DNA from: Cyanobacteria bacterium J06626_4
Lineage (GTDB): Bacteria > Cyanobacteriota > Cyanobacteriia > Phormidesmidales > Phormidesmidaceae
Direction: 5' to 3'
Length of the DNA: 40,727 bases
Assembly: GCA_038523235.1 (NCBI GenBank)
Contig: JBCBJQ010000050.1
Span: 1 to 40,727, forward strand
The notes beneath the pieces were generated by a model. It did not search any database. It had not been told where the DNA came from and worked only from the letters and a program-made list of their open reading frames with translations. A program made the translations under genes and the position numbers. Shown here piece after piece: positions 27,443 through 37,208 of the stretch; the stretch's first letter is position 1, and each line of letters starts with the position of its first letter.

Positions 27443-27481
27443 TCAATTCGCTGTTGTGGTTGCCCCCGGCGGAGATCTAAA

Positions 27482-27508
27482 TTAGCACTCGAAGCGTGAG
27501 AGTGCTAA
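27482..27508. promoter_or_regulatory. CIRCE element (HrcA operator)
   Basis: TTAGCACTC-N9-GAGTGCTAA, perfect match. Confidence 0.97.
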
Positions 27509-27591
27509 CGTCAGAAACGAGGTCAACATTGGCTTCCTTTTCTAGGCAAGCACACATTCACATTGGTGTTAGCAATTCTGGAGAATTTGTA

Positions 27592-27903
27592 ATGGCAGCT
27601 ATTACTTTGAGTGCGTCCAGCGTCACCCCTTTGGGCGATCGCGTTTTGATCAAGGTCAGCGCTTCTGAAGAAACCACTGCTGGCGGCATCCTCTTACCTG
27701 ATACGGCTAAAGAAAAGCCTCAAGTCGGCGAAATCACTTCGGTCGGCCCTGGCAAGCGCAACGACGATGGTAGCCGTCAGGCCCCGGAAGTTAAGACCGG
27801 GGACAAGGTGTTGTACTCCAAGTACGCCGGTACCGACATCAAGCTCGGGGGCGACGAGTACGTCTTGCTGTCCGAAAAAGACATTTTGGCAACGTTGGGG
27901 TAA
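27592..27903 (+). CDS. groES: Co-chaperonin GroES
   Basis: [39 protein letters not shown] before ATG 27592. Confidence 0.98.
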   Translation: MAAITLSASSVTPLGDRVLIKVSASEETTAGGILLPDTAKEKPQVGEITSVGPGKRNDDGSRQAPEVKTGDKVLYSKYAGTDIKLGGDEYVLLSEKDILATLG

Positions 27904-27914
27904 TGGCAAACGGT

Positions 27915-28027
27915 GGTGAGGCCTTAGGTGCCAGGTTAGTGGTGACAGGGATAAGGGACAAGGTTGGAGGTCAGCGCCTTGAACCTCAAGTCCTGAATCT
28001 TGAACCCTGAACCCCGATCTTTAAGCC
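27915..28027. repeat. Opposed heptamer tandem arrays (STRR-like) between groES and groEL
   Basis: About eight NNNNAGG units (27915-27970) followed by about seven YTGAAYC-like units (27979-28027). Confidence 0.65.
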
Positions 28028-28071
28028 CTGGCTCCGCTCCCCTTTTCCCTCAGATCAGTTTTCACTTCTGA

Positions 28072-29748
<1,677 letters not shown>

Positions 29749-29781
29749 GCAATCGCCTAGTTCCCCAAACAGGTACTCAAC

Positions 29782-29817
29782 AACGCTGTTTCTCGTCACT
29801 GGGGAACAGCGTTTTTT
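29782..29817 (+). terminator. Intrinsic terminator of groESL
   Basis: AACGCTGTT...AACAGCGTT stem plus T-tract. Confidence 0.85.
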
Positions 29818-29913
29818 GATGGCTGGGCAGGTACCTTAAGCACCGCCAACCCGCAGCCCCGTCACCATCGAGTGATACATTGAACCCGACCTAAGTAGGG
29901 ATTCCCGTTGGCT

Positions 29914-30948
29914 ATGAGAGTGACCCACCAATCTGATACAGAGCTAGTGATTCAAAGCTTTGTTAATAAACAAAAGTTGATTTTTCCTGGGGCGCTGTTA
30001 GGGCTGGCGGTGGTGGGCCTGGGGATTGCTGCGATCACGGGATTCCTCAATGGTGGTGTCGTGTTCATCTGCTTGTTGGTGGGCGGCTTAAGCGGATCGA
30101 TGCTCTTCGGAGCGTTGAAGTCGGAAATCCTGACGCTGGATCAGACGGCGGATCAGATTCGGTGCGATCGCAAAACTCTATTCGGTACCCAACAATGGCA
30201 ACTGCCGTTGTCAGCCTTGCAAGACGTCAGCGTGGTTGACTTCAAACGGCGACATAAAAAATCTGACGGTAGCCAAGGCACGCTGTGGTTTTATAGCCTC
30301 AAATTTGTGGCCCAAGGCGCTCAACCCCAAACGCTGCTGTACTACCGCGATCGCGACAGCGTTCAAGCGGCGTATCAAGCGATTCGAGCATTGTGGCGCC
30401 AGGCAGCTCAGCAGTCACCAGCCTCAGTCAATCGTCCCAGCGGTCGAGGCTTAGGGTTCGTCGTCTCCCCGGCCTACGAGCGCTGGCGCGAGACGACTTG
30501 GGCCATTTTGCCGGAACAAGCGGGGGGCGCCAGTGAGGAGCGCGATCACGTTTACGGCGTACTGATGGATGTGGGCATGCTAGATGCCTCAACGTCAGAA
30601 CTGTGGGCGATTTCGATGAGTGCCTTCCGGTCGGGGGATGCCTCGTTTTGCCCCACACCGGGCAGTGGCGTCGTCGGTTTGGGGCAAAAGCCTGAAGTCG
30701 CAGCGGCGGCTGAAACTATTGTCCAGCTAGCTCAAACTATACTGCCTCAGGCCTCGCCCCTCGACGCCGACATCCTCCCCGACCAGCCCGACTTGGTGCA
30801 GTTTGCGCTGCTGACACCTGGCGGCGCTTACAGTGTGGCCGACGACCTTCAGAAGTTATTACGAAACTGCAACCAGCCCCTCGGCCAGATGCTGGGCCAG
30901 TTTAGCCTGATTCGTCAATTTGCCGAACAGATCTTAGACCAACGCTAA
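29914..30948 (+). CDS. Hypothetical membrane protein (2 TM helices plus two soluble regions)
   Basis: Long ORF with two hydrophobic helices near the N-terminus and a Q/S/P linker; no family confidently recognised. Confidence 0.75.
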   Translation: MRVTHQSDTELVIQSFVNKQKLIFPGALLGLAVVGLGIAAITGFLNGGVVFICLLVGGLSGSMLFGALKSEILTLDQTADQIRCDRKTLFGTQQWQLPLSALQDVSVVDFKRRHKKSDGSQGTLWFYSLKFVAQGAQPQTLLYYRDRDSVQAAYQAIRALWRQAAQQSPASVNRPSGRGLGFVVSPAYERWRETTWAILPEQAGGASEERDHVYGVLMDVGMLDASTSELWAISMSAFRSGDASFCPTPGSGVVGLGQKPEVAAAAETIVQLAQTILPQASPLDADILPDQPDLVQFALLTPGGAYSVADDLQKLLRNCNQPLGQMLGQFSLIRQFAEQILDQR

Positions 30949-31490
30949 ACCAATCATCGGTAAGCCTGAATCGCCGGATCTTATTCACGCGGGATACCAA
31001 CATCACTCACCAGCGAATGTCTTGGAGTTGCCTGGCGCTGTTTCCTACTTGACTCGATCAGCGTGATCTCGCTTGCGTAAAAAGAACAGCTATTTTGTGA
31101 ACGCTGGTAGATCACAAGCCGCCGTTTGATCCGGTCATCCCAAGTCGCTGAAGTCATTAGCTGGCCCGCTGTTTAACGCTAATTGCTGACCTCTTCAGGC
31201 CGTTAGGCTGTCCTTGCCAAAGCGGCATTCGCCAGCTCGGGTGAACACTCTTCACGGGAACTTTTCGTTCTCAGCAATATTCACTACACCAGAGAATGTC
31301 TTAAGCGAGACACCCGCTCCCGTTGCCTCGCTTCAATCTTGGGTCTCTATCACGACAGTTTCTGGCTTGCCCGCATTCACATGCAAGCCGACCGAAGCAA
31401 TCATGCCTCCCCGCCGAACATCGGCGGTTGATTGTGCTGGAAATTAATTGTCGGTGCAATGACTGGTGTAAGAAATCAAAGATTTAGGGA

Positions 31491-32153
31491 ATGAAACGAA
31501 TGAAAAGCGTGATGATGAAAGCTGCGATCGCTAGCTCAATTACCATTGGGGCTACTTTTGCAGGCGTTGCTGAGGCTCAAGTTTCGTTCACGAATGTGGA
31601 CTCAACTTGGAGTAATAGCCAATGTTCTTCGTTCTTCTGCAACGTCGATGAAAATGTCAATATTCTGGGCTTTAACTCAATTCAGTATGGAACGACCATC
31701 GACTCGGTGATTGGATTCAGAGATGACGGGCCAGCGTCAGCAGGCTTTGGCGAGGTTTTTCGAATTGGGACGCTGGGATTTTTCAACACAGCAGACTTTA
31801 CTAATATTCTGGAAACGGCGGACCTCAACTTAACCTTAGATTTTGCTTCCCCCAATGGTTTACTGGCCGGATTAGATTTTGTGGCGAATGTTTCACAAAA
31901 TGGGTTGGCTCCAGATTCACTGGACATCACACCTTGGTTTGATTCCCTGGTCACGACTGATGCTGCTGGGCAGAAATACAAAGTTAGCGTTGGCTTTGCC
32001 GATGTTCCGATCGAAGTCGATTTCTTTCAGACAGAAACTAGAGAGGTCTTTGCCAAAGTTGAAACCATTCCAGAGCCTGCTTTGATGCTGGGTCTAGGTG
32101 CAGTTGTCGCTGGTCTGCTAGCCCAGAAGCGCTCCCGTAAAGAGACCGCTTAA
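31491..32153 (+). CDS. PEP-CTERM sorting domain protein (choice-of-anchor K-like beta domain)
   Basis: Signal peptide ending AEA; IPEP + TM + KRSRK tail; GEVFRIGTLGFFN...LNLTLDF resembles choice-of-anchor K. Confidence 0.88.
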   Translation: MKRMKSVMMKAAIASSITIGATFAGVAEAQVSFTNVDSTWSNSQCSSFFCNVDENVNILGFNSIQYGTTIDSVIGFRDDGPASAGFGEVFRIGTLGFFNTADFTNILETADLNLTLDFASPNGLLAGLDFVANVSQNGLAPDSLDITPWFDSLVTTDAAGQKYKVSVGFADVPIEVDFFQTETREVFAKVETIPEPALMLGLGAVVAGLLAQKRSRKETA

Positions 32154-32200
32154 ATCTCACAGCCGATTCGGCTGCTGAACTTATGAATCGATCGTATTGG

Positions 32201-32229
32201 AGGAGTAGCCATGCAGCTACTCCTTTTTT
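32201..32229 (+). terminator. Intrinsic terminator
   Basis: AGGAGTAGC/GCTACTCCT stem plus T-tract. Confidence 0.85.
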
Positions 32230-32783
32230 GTGTTGCCGCGATGCAAAGAGATGTCAGCAATGGCAAAAAGAGCCCAGAGACCGGGCAGAGGTTTTTCGGC
32301 ACTGCCTCGCAGTACATAACAAGAATAATTAGTTGTTTGGGCTGAATCCGCAGCCTTGAACTCTGAGCCGTGATCCCACCAGAATCGTCTCAACGGCGAT
32401 CTAACAGTGCGAAGAACGGTTACATAACATGAGTGACGTGTACTTGTTTATACGTATAGACCTCTTGTGAATTTTTGGCGATCGCAACCTTGAATACTCA
32501 GCACATCATGTGTTTTTTAGATGAACTCACAGCCTTATCCTACTGAATTACACTAAAAACCCCTATAAATCTATTATCTCAGCTCAGGAGAACTTGCTAA
32601 GTCTTCTGGCTAGAGATTCAGGGATTCTGCGTGGTACATCTAGATAGCTGGTAAATATACGTACGCAATATAGACGTCTTGTTTTCTTAAAACTATTAGT
32701 CAATTTTCGTGCCTAACTGAGATCTAGATGGCCCCTGAAATCTACTTCCTTGACATGTCGTTGTACTCGAACGGAAAGTAATT

Positions 32784-33413
32784 ATGAAAAATTTGATTGC
32801 AAAAGCTGCGATCGCTGGCATTGTTGCCACAACAGGTGTGGCTACAGGTATTGTAGAGCCAGCACAGGCTACAACATTTGGCCTCGGCGGTAGCTTGGCC
32901 TTAGAAGAATCTTTCACTTACGAAGAAGAAGGGATTGAACTCATTGTCTCTGGCGTCAGCGAATCAGGTCCCCGCGATGTTGTTCGTTCGGGTATTGGCC
33001 TCGGCGTTTACGGCGGATTTGGTGACAATTTTGAAGTAGATGGTAGAGGTCCTAATGAAGGACTCAAGTTTCTGTTTGATCACACAGTGAGCTTAGTCTC
33101 TGCCACGTTTACGAAAGTTGGCTTCAATGACGATTTCACGTTGTTTGTTGATGGTGACTTTATCGGTTCAGCCGATATTCCAGGAGGCAACTTTTTTGAT
33201 ACCGGCTTCGGAACCTTCAAATTTCCTGCAACTGACTTTAACGAAGGCACTTCGTTCATGTTCGCAGCCCTCGACAAAAATGATGACTTCAAACTGAAGC
33301 GCATCAAGGTTGAAAAGGTTGTCGATGTACCTGAGCCTGCTGTGATGATCGGTCTAGGTGTTGTTGCTGCAGGACTTCTAGCGCAAAAGCGATCGCGCAA
33401 AGAGACTGCTTAA
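32784..33413 (+). CDS. PEP-CTERM sorting domain protein
   Basis: Signal peptide ending AQA; VPEP + TM + KRSRK tail. Confidence 0.9.
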   Translation: MKNLIAKAAIAGIVATTGVATGIVEPAQATTFGLGGSLALEESFTYEEEGIELIVSGVSESGPRDVVRSGIGLGVYGGFGDNFEVDGRGPNEGLKFLFDHTVSLVSATFTKVGFNDDFTLFVDGDFIGSADIPGGNFFDTGFGTFKFPATDFNEGTSFMFAALDKNDDFKLKRIKVEKVVDVPEPAVMIGLGVVAAGLLAQKRSRKETA

Positions 33414-33454
33414 GTCGCTGATTCAAGCAAACAAGTGAGTGTTTAAAGAATGAC

Positions 33455-33483
33455 AGGAGCGGTTGCATAACCGCTCCTTTTTT
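33455..33483 (+). terminator. Intrinsic terminator
   Basis: AGGAGCGGTT/AACCGCTCCT stem plus T-tract. Confidence 0.85.
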
Positions 33484-33749
33484 GATGAGCGGCAAGTTAT
33501 GGTATTGTCTCGCGTTCAAACCGAAGATTCACCTTAGTGCATCGTCAGGACGAGGAATTAGGGTAAGTAGCAGTGTTGTGGAACGTAGCGTTAAAGCACC
33601 CAAAGCGCTATGTCTATGCCGAAGAAATATACCGTCCGCTTAAGCGCGACTTTATCCATCAGGCCGCGTAGCAGAGTAAGTGGATCAGGTGTTGAAGAGG
33701 CTGCAAGAGATTTTAACGACCTCCTCATCGGAACCAGACGATTGAAAAG

Positions 33750-34022
33750 GTGGAAGCAGACAAAAATGTTGATTGGGCTGCAAGTGTCAGCGTTTATGAG
33801 GAAATACTCACGGTTTTAGCACACCCCAATTTTGAAATCAAAACGTTTCCCAAGGCGCAACATGGGCTGCTTAAGGATCGGTGTTTTCAATCGATTCAGC
33901 CAGGAATTTTCGCTTTGGCCAAACTTGACCAGCTAGGAGACGCTGCTTTTGCCGACGGTTTTCTTGATTTTGTGACTGCGTGGATTGTGGAGAACCCTAG
34001 AAACGAGCGATCGCCAATGTGA
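33750..34022 (+). pseudogene. C-terminal remnant of an alpha/beta hydrolase
   Basis: EADKNVD (acid) and TFPKAQHGL (His) triad-like motifs, but no upstream GxSxG nucleophile region in frame. Confidence 0.6.
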
Positions 34023-34136
34023 TCGATGCTTCGTCAGAAAGTGTGTTCTTGAGACACTCAGGACAGTTAGGGGAATATTCTACACTGGTAAAAGAAGGGG
34101 CCAGCTGCGGAAGTGCTTCCAAGACTTGCAGAAAAC

Positions 34137-34170
34137 TTGACAGTCTTGGTCGTTTCGATGATTATCGAAA
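34137..34170 (+). promoter_or_regulatory. arsR promoter with overlapping ArsR-type operator
   Basis: TTGACA (34137-34142), 17 bp, GATTAT; palindrome TTTCGAT-N4-ATCGAAA at 34153-34170. Confidence 0.7.
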
Positions 34171-34171
34171 T

Positions 34172-34555
34172 ATGGAAATGCAGACGGATGCCGAACACTC
34201 GATTGACGATATTGCCGTAGCGTTTGCCGCGCTCGGTCAGCCCTCGCGGCTACGAATTGTGCGGCTGTTGCTGTCGGCTCATCCCAAGGGGTTGCCGGCG
34301 GGTGAAATTCAAAAGGAACTGGATATTGCTGCTCCTACTTTGTCACACCATTTGGACAAGCTCCGTCAGGTGAGGATCGTGCAGGCGGAAAAAGATCGTC
34401 AGTGGATTTGGTACAGGGTTCGGGCTGAGGCGTTGAAGCATCTGATCGACTTTTTGTTTGAGGAGTGCTGTACCCGCAACCAGGTTGTAGATGTGGAAGA
34501 TATTGAGTTTGGGGTGGTCACCAGTTCTCCCCCAGACTCCGATTGCTGTGATTAG
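34172..34555 (+). CDS. arsR: ArsR/SmtB family As(III)-responsive repressor (C-terminal Cys-pair type)
   Basis: FAALGQPSRLRIVRLL, TLSHHLDKL, FLFEECC, terminal DCCD. Confidence 0.88.
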   Translation: MEMQTDAEHSIDDIAVAFAALGQPSRLRIVRLLLSAHPKGLPAGEIQKELDIAAPTLSHHLDKLRQVRIVQAEKDRQWIWYRVRAEALKHLIDFLFEECCTRNQVVDVEDIEFGVVTSSPPDSDCCD

Positions 34556-34613
34556 CAGTAGAGTTTATTTGTTCTTTATTTCGATGTTTGCAAAAATACC
34601 AAAGGAGTAAGCA

Positions 34614-35057
34614 ATGGCTGCCTTTAAAACTCATGTCGCCTTGCGCGTCAACGATTTAGGTCAATCGATCGTGTTTTATCAGGCTTTATTTGATCTCAAG
34701 CCGGTAAAGCATAAGGTGGACTATGCCAAATTCGATGTCGACAATCCAGGGCTGAATCTAACGCTGAATGTGGGCGGCGACAGCAGCGATCGCGGCTCGC
34801 TCTCTCATTTGGGCATTCAAGTCGATAGCTCTGCAGCCGTGGAGGCGGCGATCACTCGCTTTCAAGCTGCCGGGCTCGCCACGTTTGCAGAAAAAGATAC
34901 CGACTGCTGCTACGCCCTGCAGGATAAAGTTTGGGTCACCGACCCTGACAACAATCGCTGGGAAATCTTTGTGGTGAAGGTTGCCGATACGAGCCCGGAG
35001 ACTAATTTCTCCGCCAGTGATGCCCCGGCTCAAGTGCAAAGTACTTGCTGTGCTTAG
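34614..35057 (+). CDS. arsI: ArsI/CadI family VOC metalloenzyme (C-As lyase-like)
   Basis: THVALRV, YAKF, LSHLGIQV, TDCCYALQDKVWVTDPDNNRWEIF. Confidence 0.88.
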   Translation: MAAFKTHVALRVNDLGQSIVFYQALFDLKPVKHKVDYAKFDVDNPGLNLTLNVGGDSSDRGSLSHLGIQVDSSAAVEAAITRFQAAGLATFAEKDTDCCYALQDKVWVTDPDNNRWEIFVVKVADTSPETNFSASDAPAQVQSTCCA

Positions 35058-35066
35058 GAGACCGCC

Positions 35067-35321
35067 ATGCTAGCAAATTGTTTTCAAGCCCTATCGCATC
35101 CGGTGCGGCTCCAGCTCCTACGAGTCTTGGCCACCCGCTCAGAGTGCATCTGTGGAGACGTCATCGCCATCGGCTCATTTTCTGAAGCCACCATTCTGAA
35201 TCATCTGAGAGCACTGCAGCGAGCGGGATTCATCCAAGGCGAGTTAGAAGGGCAGCGACGCTGCTATCGGCTCAACGCCGATATGCTCGACACGTTCAAG
35301 CGCCTGGTTGAACAGTTGTAA
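35067..35321 (+). CDS. Second ArsR/SmtB family regulator (CxC type)
   Basis: FQALSHPVRLQLL, ECICGD, HLRALQRAGFI, CYRLN; GGAG RBS. Confidence 0.85.
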   Translation: MLANCFQALSHPVRLQLLRVLATRSECICGDVIAIGSFSEATILNHLRALQRAGFIQGELEGQRRCYRLNADMLDTFKRLVEQL

Positions 35322-35338
35322 CCTTGCGGAGAGAACCG

Positions 35339-35962
35339 ATGCATTCGATTGAAACATTACCCAATGTGACCATTCAGCCCCACGGCATCATGTCTGAGAA
35401 GTTCTACCAGCAGGGGCTGACGACCTTTCACAACGCTTGCCAGTGGGTGCAGCGTTTGCCCTATGGCGCGAATTCTCATAGCGAAGATTCGCTCATCCTG
35501 TTTGAGGAAGGCTACGGCAACTGCACCACTAAACACGGCGCGATCGCCCGGTTGGCCCAAGAACAGGGTTTACCCATCCATAAAAATCTAGGCTTCTATC
35601 GCCTCAATGATGAAATTGTCACCGGGGTCAATGCCTGGCTGGCACCTTATGGCCTCGATTTTATTCCCCAGAGCCACTGCTTTTTGGTTTATGAAAATTG
35701 CCGGGTAGACCTCACTGCAGGCAACTGTAACGGCAAAAACAAGACCATTGAAGACTACGACTTTGTGGTTCAAGTCGCGCCTGATCTATCCCATGAACAG
35801 CACCAAGCCTATTACGTGACCTACTTGCGGCGTTACCAAGCATTGGCCCCTCAACTCGCCAAATTGAGCGATGAAACTGTTTTTGAAGTGCTGGCAGCGT
35901 GCGATCCCCAACTAAAATACCAGTGCTCGATCCTGGCGGGTGCCCTAGCCTCAGCTAGTTAA
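35339..35962 (+). CDS. Hypothetical protein with transglutaminase/papain-like Cys-His-Asp motifs
   Basis: LPYGANS, GNCTTKH, IPQSHCFL, RVDLT; within the ars gene string. Confidence 0.7.
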   Translation: MHSIETLPNVTIQPHGIMSEKFYQQGLTTFHNACQWVQRLPYGANSHSEDSLILFEEGYGNCTTKHGAIARLAQEQGLPIHKNLGFYRLNDEIVTGVNAWLAPYGLDFIPQSHCFLVYENCRVDLTAGNCNGKNKTIEDYDFVVQVAPDLSHEQHQAYYVTYLRRYQALAPQLAKLSDETVFEVLAACDPQLKYQCSILAGALASAS

Positions 35963-36071
35963 ACTGATTTTTTCATCCCGCACGGGCGAGGCCTTATCGT
36001 CATAGAGGATGGTAATCATCGATGACGTTAAATCGAGACTGTCTCGCCCTAACTCCTTATATTCTCCTTCT

Positions 36072-36716
36072 ATGGCCTCCACTCATCCACCCCGTATCCT
36101 CTTTCTCTATGGTTCTCTCCGCGAGCGCTCCTACAGTCGCTTGGTCGCCGAAGAAGCGGCCCGCATCATCACCGAGTTGGGGGCCGAGGTGCAATTTTTT
36201 GACCCGCGGGGCTTACCGCTACATGGGGCCGAACCTGACACCCATCCCAAAGTGCAAGAATTACGGGAATTGTCCCTGTGGTCTGAAGGGCAGGTGTGGT
36301 CAAGTCCTGAACTGCACGGCAACATTTCGGGATTGATGAAAACCCAGATTGACTGGATTCCCCTGTCGATGGGAGCGATTCGTCCCACTCAGGGAAGAAC
36401 GCTGGCGGTGATGCAGGTGTCTGGCGGCTCGCAATCCTTTAATGCAGTGAACACGATGCGGCTTTTGGGGCGCTGGATGCGGATGTTCACAATTCCCAAT
36501 CAGTCGTCGGTGGCTAAGGCCTATCAGGAATTCCATGAAGACGGCACGATGAAAGAGTCGGCCTACCGAGATCGCGTCGTGGACGTGATGGAAGAGCTGT
36601 ATCGCTTTACCCTGCTGCTGCGCGATAAAACGGAAGAACTGACCGATCGCTACAGTGAGCGCAAAGCGGCAGCCGCCAAAGCCGTTGCGGAAACCGCCCA
36701 AAAAGCAGTGCAGTGA
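36072..36716 (+). CDS. arsH: Arsenical resistance flavoprotein ArsH
   Basis: [57 protein letters not shown]. Confidence 0.96.
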   Translation: MASTHPPRILFLYGSLRERSYSRLVAEEAARIITELGAEVQFFDPRGLPLHGAEPDTHPKVQELRELSLWSEGQVWSSPELHGNISGLMKTQIDWIPLSMGAIRPTQGRTLAVMQVSGGSQSFNAVNTMRLLGRWMRMFTIPNQSSVAKAYQEFHEDGTMKESAYRDRVVDVMEELYRFTLLLRDKTEELTDRYSERKAAAAKAVAETAQKAVQ

Positions 36717-36723
36717 GGTTCGC

Positions 36724-37182
36724 ATGCCCCCCCGAACTTTGGCAGAAAGCATCTGGTGGATCAGACCCGGTCAGCTCGCGGGTATGCAGAAGCCCGCTGT
36801 TCACGAATTGGCCAGCCTCCAAGCGGCGGGTATCGGGGCGATCGTCTCGGTGATGGATGATCCTGCCAATTTGGACTGGTATCAAGACGCGGCCATGCCT
36901 CACCTCTGGCTGCCGACAACTGGTGGGACTGCCCCGACAGTAAAGCAGGTGGACGATTTTTGGACTTTTGCCACTGCCCAGCTAGACGCGGGAAAAACCG
37001 TCGCCGTGCATTGTTCCAGTGGGCGGCGACGGACAGCGACGTTTTTGGGCGCATACCTAATTCGCTCAGGCGCGACCTATGAGGAAGCGATCGCGGCGAT
37101 CGCCCTGGCCAATCCCACGGTTGAAATGCGTGCGGCCCAACTCGATTTTTTGAAAACTTTGGCGGGCAATATCGCTGTTTAA
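36724..37182 (+). CDS. Dual-specificity / protein-tyrosine phosphatase family protein
   Basis: P-loop VHCSSGRRRT (CX5R); starts 7 bp after arsH. Confidence 0.88.
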   Translation: MPPRTLAESIWWIRPGQLAGMQKPAVHELASLQAAGIGAIVSVMDDPANLDWYQDAAMPHLWLPTTGGTAPTVKQVDDFWTFATAQLDAGKTVAVHCSSGRRRTATFLGAYLIRSGATYEEAIAAIALANPTVEMRAAQLDFLKTLAGNIAV

Positions 37183-37208
37183 TCGGCTGGCAATAGTGGA
37201 ATTTCTCT

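Noticed and set aside
27496..27591. N-terminal extension of GroES in the ORF track
   Set aside because: The upstream start lies inside CIRCE; ATG 27592 has an RBS and gives the normal 103 aa
34019..34171. N-terminal extension of ArsR in the ORF track
   Set aside because: It spans the promoter and operator; the ArsR-like sequence begins near 34172
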